DNA from: a virus
Taxonomy: Duplodnaviria; Caudoviricetes
Length of the DNA: 64,000 nucleotides
Direction: 5' to 3' (one strand)
IMG/VR virus record: IMGVR_UViG_3300044645_001738
Coordinates: 1 to 64,000 of that record
The notes under the pieces were generated by a model. It was not told the origin of the DNA. It searched no databases and worked only from the letters and a program-made list of their open reading frames with translations. This document shows positions 26,785 through 36,779 of this stretch, one piece after another (positions within the stretch are counted from its first letter, which is position 1; the number at the start of each line of letters is the position of its first letter). The position numbers and the translations under genes were made by a program.

Positions 26785-28119
26785 ATGATTATCCGTTATA
26801 TCAATGATTATGGTGATGGAACTTCGGGATATGCAGATTACGGTTCTGGAATTGTCGTAACCACTGCAAGTGGTCAGCCAATTGAAGTAACCAGTACGTC
26901 CAGTGGGGTGGTTAACATCCAGCCTGCAGGCGTTGCTTCTGATGCCTTTGGTCGATTGCGTTCTTCCACACCCTTAACACTGTTTGATTCCAGCCATCGT
27001 TATAAAGATAATGGTCTGTGGACTACAACCAGTGGTGTCGGTGGCACTACAGCATTTAACGCTAATGCTGGACTTGTAGACCTCAACGTCACAACAACAT
27101 CTGGCTCTGAAATCATCAGGGAAACAACAAAGGTGTTTGCGTATCAACCAGGCAAGTCCTTGTTGGTGATGTCAACCTTTGTGATGAACGCATTCAAGAC
27201 TGGGTTGCGTCAACGGGTTGGCTACTACGGCGCCGACAATGGCATCTATATAGAAAAAGATGGGACCAGTGCGGCAACATTTGTTGAGCGCAGTCTTGTA
27301 ACTGGTTCTGTAACTGAAACCAGAGTTGCTCAATCGAATTGGAATATTGACAAGCTTGATGGTACAGGCGTATCTGGTATTACGCTTGACCTAACTAAAG
27401 CTCAAATCCTGTTCATGGATATTGAGTGGCTGGGTCTTGGTACTGTACGGGTAGGTTTTGTTATTGACGGTAAGTTAATTCATTGTCATTCATTCCATCA
27501 TGCCAACTTAATTACATCTACTTACATCACAACCGCATCGTTACCTTTACGTTATGAAATTAGAAATACTGCTGCTACTGCAAGTAGCAGTACACTGAAA
27601 CAAATTTGTTCAAGTGTTATTTCAGAAGGTGGCTATGAGTTACGTGGCCTCCAGCAAGCCATTGGCACTACAATTACTGCACCTTATAGTCTGACTACGG
27701 CTGGCACATTTTATCCAGTGATTTCGCTGCGGTTAAAAACAACGGCGCTTGATGCAATTGTCATCTTGACCGCCATCTCAATTATGTCGGCAGCAGGTAC
27801 TGCAAACTATGTGTGGCGCGTGGTAGCCAGTGCAACCACTACTGCTGGTACTTGGGTAAGTGCAGGTGCTGACTCTGCCGTGGAATACAACTTAACTGGT
27901 ACTGCAACTACGGGCGGACGCGTTCTTGCTCAAGGATATTTTGCTGGCAGCAACCAATCCAGTACTACAATCGACATCTTGAAAGAAGCATTGTTTAAAT
28001 TTCAGTTAGAGCGTAATGGTTTAACTGGTACTCCTTATGAGTTGTCACTTGTTTTGGCTGCTAGTGCAAACACATCAACTGTGCATGCTGCATTGGATTG
28101 GGAAGAAATCTCAAGATAA
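26785..28119 (+). CDS. Putative virion structural protein (beta-rich)
   Basis: DAFGRLR.S.P.TLFDS, YQPGKS, EWLGLGTVRVGF motifs; Thr/Ser/Gly rich. Confidence 0.7.
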   Translation: MIIRYINDYGDGTSGYADYGSGIVVTTASGQPIEVTSTSSGVVNIQPAGVASDAFGRLRSSTPLTLFDSSHRYKDNGLWTTTSGVGGTTAFNANAGLVDLNVTTTSGSEIIRETTKVFAYQPGKSLLVMSTFVMNAFKTGLRQRVGYYGADNGIYIEKDGTSAATFVERSLVTGSVTETRVAQSNWNIDKLDGTGVSGITLDLTKAQILFMDIEWLGLGTVRVGFVIDGKLIHCHSFHHANLITSTYITTASLPLRYEIRNTAATASSSTLKQICSSVISEGGYELRGLQQAIGTTITAPYSLTTAGTFYPVISLRLKTTALDAIVILTAISIMSAAGTANYVWRVVASATTTAGTWVSAGADSAVEYNLTGTATTGGRVLAQGYFAGSNQSSTTIDILKEALFKFQLERNGLTGTPYELSLVLAASANTSTVHAALDWEEISR

Positions 28120-28168
28120 GCCGTTGAGGTATTGACGGCTGATAAACTAGAACTATTGATAAGTAACC

Positions 28169-28723
28169 ATGTATACTCCTGCCCCTCAACAGTACCAGGC
28201 TGCGGAAACTCCTCAGGCACAACCTGTTCCTCGGCCCCAGGACAAGCCTAAGGCTCCCGCTAAATCCAAGGCTGGTGGTGATGTGGGTGCATTCATCCAG
28301 CAGTGCATTTCACTTTGCGCTTACCTCAAGGAACTTGAGACTCAATCACATTTGATTCATCTCAACTACGAGGGATCAAACTTCCTTGGGGTCCACGCAT
28401 TCCTGAAGGATCAATACGAGGCTCACCTAGAACAGTTTGATACCCTTGCTGAGTTTGTTCGCAGCATGGACTACCTGATGCCAATGTGTGGCTGTGGTCT
28501 TAAAGATGCTGCTCCTCCCATGCAGGCAGTGACTTCCTACAAGGGCGCTGACATGCTTGGCGTGTACTACAAGAACCTTGAGGAGCTGGGCATGAAAGCC
28601 AAGAAGCTTGAGCCTGTAGCACAAAAGGTTGGGGCAATTGACATCCAGAACTACATGGCTGATCTTGTTGGCCAGGCATTTAAAGCTGCTTGGTTTGTTA
28701 AAGCGGTACTTAGGTCTTCTTGA
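28169..28723 (+). CDS. dps: Dps/ferritin-like protein
   Basis: HLIHLNYEGSNFLGVHAFLKDQYE..LEQFDTLAE resembles Dps ferroxidase signature; KAAWFV end. Confidence 0.8.
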   Translation: MYTPAPQQYQAAETPQAQPVPRPQDKPKAPAKSKAGGDVGAFIQQCISLCAYLKELETQSHLIHLNYEGSNFLGVHAFLKDQYEAHLEQFDTLAEFVRSMDYLMPMCGCGLKDAAPPMQAVTSYKGADMLGVYYKNLEELGMKAKKLEPVAQKVGAIDIQNYMADLVGQAFKAAWFVKAVLRSS

Positions 28724-28895
28724 ATTTTTGCCCTGGGATAACTGGTTGCATTACAGCATCGTAATGTGACCAGCCAAGCTTTAAGCGTCGTTCAATAGTT
28801 TGGCGTTTAAGTCCTGTTTCTAATGCCCATTCTTTAACTGTTTGGCATTTGCCGTCAATCGTAATAGAAATACACATTGAACGATTTCTATTTTG
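28710..28895 (-). pseudogene. C-terminal remnant of HNH endonuclease
   Basis: QNRNRS...ITIDGKCQTVKEWALETGL....ERRLKLGWS, no catalytic domain upstream. Confidence 0.5.
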
Positions 28896-28995
28896 TAGCG
28901 AGAAAACGTGGCGGTAAATGGAAATTCCCAACTCCATTTGGCACATTACGCATTCCTGAACTAGGTATTTCAGAAGCAGGTGGATTGTTTTTCCG

Positions 28996-29244
28996 TTAAT
29001 CACTCCAGTGTTCAAGCCTGTGGCAATTGCAGCACAGCGGAATGCATTTATTGATTTCTTCTTGGATACGGCGCCAGGCGTATCCGTGATTGACCATACT
29101 TGACACATTTAAATCCTTGTCACCTACATGGTGAAACTCAAGGACTCTATAGTCTTCCAGGGCGCAGTGCTCGCACTTAAGAGTCTTCTTGTATTCCAAG
29201 AATCTCTGCCGGTTTTCTTGTAACCTGCGTGTACTTGTTGGCAC
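28996..29244 (-). CDS. Small HNH endonuclease
   Basis: CEHC...LEFHH...EINKC..LCCNCHRLEH. Confidence 0.8.
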   Translation of the reverse strand: MPTSTRRLQENRQRFLEYKKTLKCEHCALEDYRVLEFHHVGDKDLNVSSMVNHGYAWRRIQEEINKCIPLCCNCHRLEHWSD

Positions 29245-29273
29245 TAATGCCTACGCATTCTTTTTCAGTATAA

Positions 29274-29345
29274 AGGGTCGTGCCGGAATCGAACCGACTT
29301 TCAATGTGTGTTGTCCACCTGTCCTTACCAATAGACTAACGACCC
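29274..29345 (-). tRNA. tRNA-like gene with aberrant anticodon arm (isotype undetermined)
   Basis: GGGTCGT/ACGACCC acceptor, GTCT-ATTGGTAA-GGAC D-arm, GTCGG-TTCGATT-CCGGC T-arm; anticodon region GGTGGACAACACACATT pairs poorly and lacks U33. Confidence 0.75.
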
Positions 29346-29386
29346 AGCCCGATGCAAAGCAGAGCGGGAACATAAACATCATACAC

Positions 29387-29500
29387 AAAAAATCCCGGCT
29401 ACTCACACCGGGATTGTATTCTCCTTACCGCTGTTGCAAGCCCTACCGTAAGGTGTCAGGGTTTCGACTATTACCCTGGAGCTTTAGTGCTCTCCGATAC
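29387..29500 (-). ncRNA. Candidate structured ncRNA with terminator
   Basis: Three hairpins closed by GTAT/ATAC, followed by AATCCCGG/CCGGGATT hairpin and T tract. Confidence 0.4.
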
Positions 29501-29504
29501 ACTA

Positions 29505-29672
29505 TCACTTTTTCTTTTTCTTTGCGGTCTTAGCAGAATCTTTGAATGCCTTGGCAGTTGGTGCGCCTTTCTCACCAGGTTTCCGCATCTTCTCACCGGA
29601 ACCCGCAGCAATACGCTCCTTTTTGTCCTGAATGTTTTTGTACAAACCGTCAGGTTTCTTTTTGTCTGCCAT
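29505..29672 (-). CDS. Small basic protein (55 aa)
   Basis: MADKKKPDGLYKNIQDKKERIAAGSGEKMRKPGEKGAPTAKAFKDSAKTAKKKKK*, read by hand. Confidence 0.7.
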   Translation of the reverse strand: MADKKKPDGLYKNIQDKKERIAAGSGEKMRKPGEKGAPTAKAFKDSAKTAKKKKK

Positions 29673-29794
29673 TGTTTTGTTTGCGTTCTTCCAGTATTTT
29701 AGCCCACTTACATGGTTTCATACTCAACTCCCACCCAAGGGGTGGCTTGGGAATTTGATGACTCAACCATGCGAAGTAACGGTATAACCGTTCT

Positions 29795-30007
29795 TCATCC
29801 GAAGGGACTGTCCTCTTTTTGTTTGTGACCATGACCAAACTTTTCTAAGATCTGATCCATGGATTCAACTGATTCTAAACGTACGAGAAGATCAGAGATA
29901 GTTGCAATGGTCATTGGATGTTCAGATCTGGCGGCAAACGCAAGCGCATCACGAAGGTGCTCGGCGGCTTGATTGACTGCTTCTTTGACCTGACTGGATA
30001 AAGACAT
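29795..30007 (-). CDS. Hypothetical cyanophage protein
   Basis: MSLSSQVKEAV..A..HLRDALAFAARSEHP. Confidence 0.65.
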   Translation of the reverse strand: MSLSSQVKEAVNQAAEHLRDALAFAARSEHPMTIATISDLLVRLESVESMDQILEKFGHGHKQKEDSPFG

Positions 30008-30132
30008 TTCAGAAGTACGGGGTCCTCTAAGTATAAACGTGTTGGTGTACATACGTCTTTTGGACTAACCCAAACAGTATGAAATGCCGTATCAACTTTT
30101 GCAATACGGCGTTCACTGCTATGAGGTAGGGG

Positions 30133-30714
30133 TTACAGCTCCTGCCACACCCAGCCAACCTGGTAGTCGTCAAGGAATGGCTCGATGCCCAGGGACTCCA
30201 TCAGTTCGTAGACCAGGCGTCCTTTACCTAGGCGCTTACCCTCGTGCTTGATGTTGTCATCAATGACAATAAGGGTGTCATGCTGAATGATGTCCTTAGC
30301 TGCAAACAATTCCTTGAGATGATGTGCAGCCGGGGCCCAGTCGTCTTGCCAATTTTGGATGTTGTAGGAATCCAGGTAGAGGAGTGCAACGTTTCCTTGT
30401 AACGTGCCAAGGAATTCAACTGAGTCGGACTCGACAACTTCGGTGAGATTACTGGTGTTTGCCGAAGCCAAAGCGCAGGCTTTGGGGTCAATGTCAATAG
30501 AGATTACGCTGCCACCACGATCGTTGACGTAGTTGTCAAAGAGGAGGGTCGAACAACCATCTCCGGTGAAGTTGTTCTCCTCGCGGTATGTGCCAGTTTC
30601 AATAATGGTTGGATTGGTGGTTTCATCCAGGTAGGCAAAGATCTTTTCGAAGCCTCGTGCCCTAGCGCCAAGCTTTGGTTTTACTTCGGTAAAGTAGTCG
30701 TCCCAGCTAGTCAT
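30133..30714 (-). CDS. Class I SAM-dependent methyltransferase-like protein
   Basis: IIETGT, ISIDID, DSVEFL, LLYLDS, IVIDD motifs. Confidence 0.8.
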   Translation of the reverse strand: MTSWDDYFTEVKPKLGARARGFEKIFAYLDETTNPTIIETGTYREENNFTGDGCSTLLFDNYVNDRGGSVISIDIDPKACALASANTSNLTEVVESDSVEFLGTLQGNVALLYLDSYNIQNWQDDWAPAAHHLKELFAAKDIIQHDTLIVIDDNIKHEGKRLGKGRLVYELMESLGIEPFLDDYQVGWVWQEL

Positions 30715-30847
30715 GGCGTTTTACAAATCAACCCGAGTATAAGAGATATCTTCGTTCTGTAAGCTTTGTTCAAATGCGTCGGCTTCAATGGTTTCAATGT
30801 CTTCCACTACGGGCCAGCCGTCAAGGTCGTAGTAGAAACGGGTGAGA

Positions 30848-31096
30848 TTACAGGACATGGACAAGATTCCAAATGGAAGATTTGGTGGTTAACTCGGTGA
30901 CTAAGATGATGGTTACTGCTAGCATGGCAAGCCTTCCGTTGACACGCTCTGCATACCAGGTGAAATCATCTGGGTGAGTGGGTGGCTTCCAGAAGACTAG
31001 GTCTGGGAGATACTCCTTGACAATTTCAATGATGATCCAGGAGGCGCAGCTGTACCATCCACGGATTGAGTACCAGAACTTAGCGAGTCCTGTCAT
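30848..31096 (-). CDS. hli: High-light inducible protein
   Basis: AERVNGRLAMLA chlorophyll-binding motif followed by TM helix. Confidence 0.85.
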   Translation of the reverse strand: MTGLAKFWYSIRGWYSCASWIIIEIVKEYLPDLVFWKPPTHPDDFTWYAERVNGRLAMLAVTIILVTELTTKSSIWNLVHVL

Positions 31097-31249
31097 TGTC
31101 CTGGAGTAGAGGCAATAAAGATCAGATAAGCATCAATGGCCACAACTGTCAATAGAGCCAGGAGGATGCTGGAGATTGCGTACACAAAACCGTTCATTCG
31201 CACTTTGATAATTAGTGTGGTAACTTGAGGATAATATACAAAAGCTTCA

Positions 31250-32104
31250 ATGGTTGCTAAGATAGATTTATCGGATCCTTGGATTAAGGTCCAGGATAGG
31301 CAACCGGATCTCATGCGGAACCTAAACAGGGCCGCAACCAGAATTACGCTTAACGGCAAAAGGCATTACACCACGCCGTTACCCACTGGCCCAGCCCCGT
31401 CTGTAACTACAATCATATCTGAGACTGCTTCCGAAGCAAACAAACGGAAGCTTGAAATGTGGTCAAAAAATAATCCAGGTGTTAAGGAGGCCGCTGCCGA
31501 AAGGGGGACCGCCATTCACTATGGTATGGAGCAGTACCTAAAAGGGAACAAAACTCCGGAGATCGCTGATGAGTACCAAGACTTTTGGCAAGGCATGCCG
31601 TCAATTTTGGATCAGTTTGACGAAGTCTTATGGGCAGAGACGCCTGTGGTTGATCGGTTTAAATTCACTATTGGCGCTGATGACGTTGCTCGCGTTTGGG
31701 GTTGCGATCCTGACGGGCGAGCTTGGGCTGGTGCTCCCGACATTATCGGTGTGGTTAATAACAAGCTTACTCTCGCTGATTTGAAGACCAGCGTCAAACC
31801 CTACAGTCGCAAGTGGCCTAAAGACCTGGAGAAGGGGTCGCCTGAATGGCGTGATCTCTTGGGTGGTCACATGAAATTTAAAAAAACTTTGAAGCAGCTC
31901 GCAGCTTACGACTTGGCTATTACCCAGACGCTTGGCATCAAGGTCCAGCAGGCTGCCATCTTGGTATCAACACCGGTGCGTACACAAGTCTTTAAGATCT
32001 CCAGGAATTTTCTTAATGCTTTGCATGCGGATTGGCACAAACTGGTTGAAGAGTATTACACGCAAATGGAAGAGTATGGTCAGCAGGACCAGGATCTTGT
32101 CTGA
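31250..32104 (+). CDS. PD-(D/E)XK exonuclease
   Basis: PSVTTII, RGTAIH, AGAPD, LADLKTS, QLAAY. Confidence 0.85.
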   Translation: MVAKIDLSDPWIKVQDRQPDLMRNLNRAATRITLNGKRHYTTPLPTGPAPSVTTIISETASEANKRKLEMWSKNNPGVKEAAAERGTAIHYGMEQYLKGNKTPEIADEYQDFWQGMPSILDQFDEVLWAETPVVDRFKFTIGADDVARVWGCDPDGRAWAGAPDIIGVVNNKLTLADLKTSVKPYSRKWPKDLEKGSPEWRDLLGGHMKFKKTLKQLAAYDLAITQTLGIKVQQAAILVSTPVRTQVFKISRNFLNALHADWHKLVEEYYTQMEEYGQQDQDLV

Positions 32105-32385
32105 GATATAAGTGGGTCTAATGAGTCTCAAAACTCTGGGAAGTCGTAAGGTTGTCCTTGGATTGGTGGCCCTAGGATAAGTAAACAGCCAGACAACCCT
32201 CCGATGGAAATCTACGTTTCCGTTGGTGAGTGGATGAATAGTCTTCAGAATCGCATGAATAGTGCGATGGATGGGGACTGTTTTTATCTGCCCACCCCTA
32301 TGCATCTTCATGCTTTTTTCTTGGTGAAGGACCAGGCATTTGCCAATAAAGACTTTAAAGTAGAACTCATGCCATCAGTTAACGA

Positions 32386-35016
32386 ATGACTAATACTTCT
32401 CAGCTCTCGCTCAGGCCCGGCGAAATTCGTTTTGATTACATCCCAGCGGATTGGCCTCTTACTCCGCTTGGTGCCAACAAGGATCCGTATGTCGCTGGAT
32501 GGCAGAACAAACCGTTTAGTGTCAAGGAAATTGAAGATGAATTGACAAGCGGTAAGTGTAAGGCTATTGGTCTGCTCGGTGGTCCTGTTTACAACCATCC
32601 GTACGGTTTCATCTGGATTGACATTGATGGCCCATCGGTGTACCAGCTGGTGGAGGAGTTGGCCGATGCACCTTTCATTAAGGTGATGCCGCCCACACTG
32701 ACAATCTTCAGTGGGAAGGAAGGTAGGGAGCGTAGGTTATACCGGGTTAGCCGTGAGAAACATAAGCACATCGTTCGGAATAAGTACACGTGGCACGCAG
32801 CAGTAGACAAAGAAAAGCTTGAGATTCTTTGGAAGCGGCACCAGGGTGTGTTAATGGGGTTACATCCGGAAACGGATGGGTACTACACGGCTCCAGACCT
32901 TGGGTTTGAGTGGGCAAAGGCTGTGCCTGAAATGCCGGACTTCTTGTTGAATGCCATCATCAACAAGAATGTCAAGCAAGGTATTCCGGCAAAGGAAACA
33001 ACGCGTGTTATCGGCCCAGGCTTTGCGATCAATAGTGTTGTGGACCTTGACCGGGATATGAAGCTTGCCGCAGAGGCAATGTGGGGCATGCCTCCAGAAG
33101 CGGCGGATGACTATGACATCTGGATTACGGTCGGTCAATCACTCCATAATCTCGATGAATCACTCCTTGATCAGTGGGAAGAATGGTCCAAGCAGTCGGA
33201 CAAGTATAGGGAGGGGGAGTGTCACCGGCGGTGGCTGTCGTTTACTCGTGGCTCTGGTCGCAGCATTGGCTCACTGATTCACGTTGCTCGTGAGCAGGGG
33301 TGGCAGCCGTCCCAGGAGTATAGGGGGCTGAGTGTTGATGATGCGACATTAGAGCATGCTTCAAAATTATTGGCTGAAATTGATCTGGAAGAATCTCAAA
33401 TGACTCCCGTAACCGCTCCATGTGCTGCATCCGATGCCACTCAGACAAATCAATGGCAGTCGCAGGAGCTGGACACAAAAAACATGAAGTCAAAAGAAGA
33501 GAAGAAAACGTCAAAGAACCCGTCATCCAGCAAAATCGTAGATCATTTGCGCTCAACATATAACGGAGATCTGCGCTTTAGTCAAGCCCACGGTCAATTC
33601 TTTATTTATGCTAAAGAAAGTGATGGGCTTTGGTCGCCTCTCACGAAGATCGAAATGATGGGTGACATTCGGGAAAAGCTGCAAGTACTGCACCTTCCCG
33701 GTGGATTCACTTCTAATCTGATGAATGACATCTACCTGCAGCTCCAGGCGGTGTTGGTGTTTGATGATTGGTATGACGGTTCCAACTACCTGTTGTTTAC
33801 CAATGGGGTGCTGGATATCGAGAAGAAGGAGTTGCTTCCATTCAATCGGGGGATGCACCTGACCCAGCAAATGCCTTATCGGTATGATCCAGCGGCTGGG
33901 TGTGAAGACATCATTAAGTGGCTGAAGCATGTGCAGCACGGTAGCTGGGAACGTGTTCAGGTGTTACGTGCATGGTTGCGTGCCACGCTACTGGGGCGCT
34001 ATGAGATCCAGAAGTTTGTGGAGATTGTTGGCCCTGGTAAGTCCGGTAAGTCGACCTATGCAAACCTGGCTGTGGCATTGGTTGGTAAGCAAAACACCTA
34101 CTCAACAGACTTTGAGAATCTGGAGAAGAACAGGTTTGAAGCTGCAAGCTACATGGGCAAGAAGCTTCTGCTGTTCCAGGATGCTGATAGGTGGGGTGGA
34201 TCGGTATCAAAGCTGAAGGCAATTACCGGTAATGATTGGATCCGTAGTGAACGCAAGTATCAAAGCGAAGGTCAAGATCCGTTTCAGTATCATGGAGTTG
34301 TGATGATTACAGCTAATGAAGCTATTCAATCAACTGATTACACTTCTGGCCTTGCGCGTCGCCGCCTTACTATTCCGTTCGACCGTCCGTTTGAGGGCGG
34401 TCAGGCAGAACAAAAGGAACTGATTAAGTTCGATTCCAAGGGTGTCCCCCAGGGTGTGTTCGCTCCCTTGTTGCCAGGGTTGGTAAACTGGTTGTTGGAT
34501 ATGACTGAGGATGACATGCGTGCTTGTCTCATGGAAACCGGTAAGAAGATTGATTTCTTTCGTAAGTATGAGAAGCAGCAAAGCCTGCGTTCTAATCCAC
34601 TGTTGGATTGGATGGATCACAAGTTGGTGTTCCAGCCGAATGTGATGACGCACGTTGGCTTCTGTCAGCAGAATCCAAATGGAACTGGCGGCTATTACAA
34701 GGACAATACGCGTTGGTTGTATGCCAGCTATGCGGAGTTCTGTCGCAACTGCAACGTGGGCATCATGTCACGCGGCAGGTTTGAGCCCTTGTTCTTGGAC
34801 ATTTGCAGGCACCAGCTCAAACTGAACGTCTACTCCAAGAAGGCGGCGTCTGGTATGCAGGTCTTTAACATTGCCATCAAGGAGTCGAATATTGACAGGT
34901 ACTTACAGCTGCCTTCGGTTGTGGAATTTGCAGCAAACCCTGACCGTTATAAGGATCAATACCCTGAGCTTTTTGTACCTACTGGTGAGACAATAGAGAA
35001 TGATGCAACAATGTAG
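32386..35016 (+). CDS. Primase-polymerase / PriCT-2 / D5-like SF3 helicase
   Basis: WIDIDG, DYDIWITVGQSLH...WSKQSDKY, Walker A GPGKSGKST, LKAITGND, RRRLTIPF. Confidence 0.92.
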   Translation: MTNTSQLSLRPGEIRFDYIPADWPLTPLGANKDPYVAGWQNKPFSVKEIEDELTSGKCKAIGLLGGPVYNHPYGFIWIDIDGPSVYQLVEELADAPFIKVMPPTLTIFSGKEGRERRLYRVSREKHKHIVRNKYTWHAAVDKEKLEILWKRHQGVLMGLHPETDGYYTAPDLGFEWAKAVPEMPDFLLNAIINKNVKQGIPAKETTRVIGPGFAINSVVDLDRDMKLAAEAMWGMPPEAADDYDIWITVGQSLHNLDESLLDQWEEWSKQSDKYREGECHRRWLSFTRGSGRSIGSLIHVAREQGWQPSQEYRGLSVDDATLEHASKLLAEIDLEESQMTPVTAPCAASDATQTNQWQSQELDTKNMKSKEEKKTSKNPSSSKIVDHLRSTYNGDLRFSQAHGQFFIYAKESDGLWSPLTKIEMMGDIREKLQVLHLPGGFTSNLMNDIYLQLQAVLVFDDWYDGSNYLLFTNGVLDIEKKELLPFNRGMHLTQQMPYRYDPAAGCEDIIKWLKHVQHGSWERVQVLRAWLRATLLGRYEIQKFVEIVGPGKSGKSTYANLAVALVGKQNTYSTDFENLEKNRFEAASYMGKKLLLFQDADRWGGSVSKLKAITGNDWIRSERKYQSEGQDPFQYHGVVMITANEAIQSTDYTSGLARRRLTIPFDRPFEGGQAEQKELIKFDSKGVPQGVFAPLLPGLVNWLLDMTEDDMRACLMETGKKIDFFRKYEKQQSLRSNPLLDWMDHKLVFQPNVMTHVGFCQQNPNGTGGYYKDNTRWLYASYAEFCRNCNVGIMSRGRFEPLFLDICRHQLKLNVYSKKAASGMQVFNIAIKESNIDRYLQLPSVVEFAANPDRYKDQYPELFVPTGETIENDATM

Positions 35017-35369
35017 TGGGAAATGGCCGGCATCTGATACTGGATCTATACGATTGTGATCCAGAGATTTTGGATGATTACCAGGAGCTTCAACGATTGC
35101 TTGAGGCTTCTTTGGTAATGGCCAAAGCAACTATCCTGCGCATTATTGGCGAGAAGTTTAAGCCGCAAGGTGTCACACTATTGGCACTGCTGGCTGAATC
35201 CCACGCATCAATTCATTCGTGGCCCGAGATTGGGTATTGTGCAATCGATCTTTATACTTGTGGCGATACCACGCAGACGCATCGGGCGGCAGAATTTCTC
35301 AAGAAGAAGTTGAAAGCTAAAACTGTAGAGCAAAAAGAGTTGGTACGGTCGACTACTCCGTCGAATTGA
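35016..35369 (+). CDS. speD: S-adenosylmethionine decarboxylase proenzyme
   Basis: GRHLILDLYDC, F.PQGVT, LAESHASIHSWPE, DLYTCG. Confidence 0.93.
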   Translation: MGNGRHLILDLYDCDPEILDDYQELQRLLEASLVMAKATILRIIGEKFKPQGVTLLALLAESHASIHSWPEIGYCAIDLYTCGDTTQTHRAAEFLKKKLKAKTVEQKELVRSTTPSN

Positions 35370-35398
35370 GTATAGTAAAACGAGATAATCCGTCTTAA

Positions 35399-36661
35399 AT
35401 GGCTAAAAAAACTAAGATTCTTTGGGTTGCTGACTTTGCAGCAATGACCGGTTTCGGCCGTGTCAGTGGTGCGGTACTGCCGCGACTGAAGGATGACTTT
35501 GAAATTGTGGTGCTCGCATGTAATTGGCATGGAGATCCAACGGATGAGCAGAAAGATTTCAAGATGTATCCTGCGTCCAACCGATTCCAGCAGGCGCCCT
35601 TTGGTGAGGATCGCATTCGGGAGATTGTTGAGAAAGAACAGCCGGATATTGTGTTCAGCTTGAATGATCCTTGGATCGTTAGTGAACAGTACAGGCGTAT
35701 TCAAGATCTGCACCAGCAGAAGAAGTTTAAGTTCTGTGGCTACCTCACGATGGATAGCTACAACTGGATTGGTGGCATCGATGCACACATCAATGAATGG
35801 GATGCGTTGATTGCATTTACGGAATTTGGTGCATACGAATTCTTTAAGGCGGGTATCACCAAGCCGGTCACTGTAATTCCACATGGTTTGGATACGGATC
35901 TCTTTTATCCCATGGATAAGAAGGAGGCACGCAAGAAGCTGGGGCTGTCGGAGGACATCTTCATCTGTTTGAATGCCAACAGGAATCAGTTCCGCAAACG
36001 GATGGACATTACGATTGCAGCCTTTGCCAAGTTCGCAGTCGGTCGCCCGGATACGCAACTTTATATGCACTGCGGTACCAAGGATCAAGGGTGGGATATC
36101 ATGCCGCTCTTCGGGCGGGAGATGAGTAAGAACGGACTTGATCCAAACGGTCGCATCATCATGACCAATAACAACCAGGGGCCGCCGAACGTTTCGGTGG
36201 AGTTCCTGAATTGCATTTACAACGCGGCTGATATTGGGATCAATACCACCAAGGGGGGTGGCTGGGAGCTAGTCAACTTTGAGAATGCTGCCTGCCGTGT
36301 GGCACAGGTGGTGCCGGATCACACCAGTACCAAAGAGATTTTTGAGGGCTATGCCCCACTGATTCGTTGCGACCACGTGGATGTGGACACCAACATGGCA
36401 CGGGAGATGCCCTGCCCCTCCGACCAACACCTGGCGCAGATCCTTGCCAACCTCTACGACGATCGGGAGTACCTGAACAGTGTGGCCGATGCCTGCTACA
36501 AGCGGGTGACGGATCCTCAATTTAGTTGGGACTCAGTTGCGTCTCAGTTTGGAGGGGTGTTCCAGGAGGTGATGGAGGGTGGTGAGCCGGAAGTGGAAGA
36601 GAAGCCAAAGAAGAAAAAGAAGGAGAAGAAGGAAAAACGCACGGTTGGGGCTGCGGCGTGA
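35399..36661 (+). CDS. Glycosyltransferase family 4 (GT-B)
   Basis: TGFGRV, IPHGLD, NRNQFRKR.D, YNAADI, GGGWELVNFE.AAC. Confidence 0.88.
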   Translation: MAKKTKILWVADFAAMTGFGRVSGAVLPRLKDDFEIVVLACNWHGDPTDEQKDFKMYPASNRFQQAPFGEDRIREIVEKEQPDIVFSLNDPWIVSEQYRRIQDLHQQKKFKFCGYLTMDSYNWIGGIDAHINEWDALIAFTEFGAYEFFKAGITKPVTVIPHGLDTDLFYPMDKKEARKKLGLSEDIFICLNANRNQFRKRMDITIAAFAKFAVGRPDTQLYMHCGTKDQGWDIMPLFGREMSKNGLDPNGRIIMTNNNQGPPNVSVEFLNCIYNAADIGINTTKGGGWELVNFENAACRVAQVVPDHTSTKEIFEGYAPLIRCDHVDVDTNMAREMPCPSDQHLAQILANLYDDREYLNSVADACYKRVTDPQFSWDSVASQFGGVFQEVMEGGEPEVEEKPKKKKKEKKEKRTVGAAA

Positions 36662-36711
36662 GACTGGTCTCATGTGAGACGACTGAGGCTTGATTGGTGC
36701 CAAGGTGATGG

Positions 36712-36737
36712 ATCCCCTGGAAACAGGGGATTTTTTG
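36712..36737 (+). terminator. Rho-independent terminator
   Basis: ATCCCCTG-GAAA-CAGGGGAT-TTTTTGT. Confidence 0.8.
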
Positions 36738-36779
36738 TAGCAAGGTGTACGCATTGAGGAGGTGGGGTACGGGTGAAAT

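Noticed and set aside
31250-32104. Cas4-like spacer acquisition nuclease
   Set aside because: Lacks the four-Cys Fe-S cluster pattern; fits an ordinary phage PD-(D/E)XK exonuclease.
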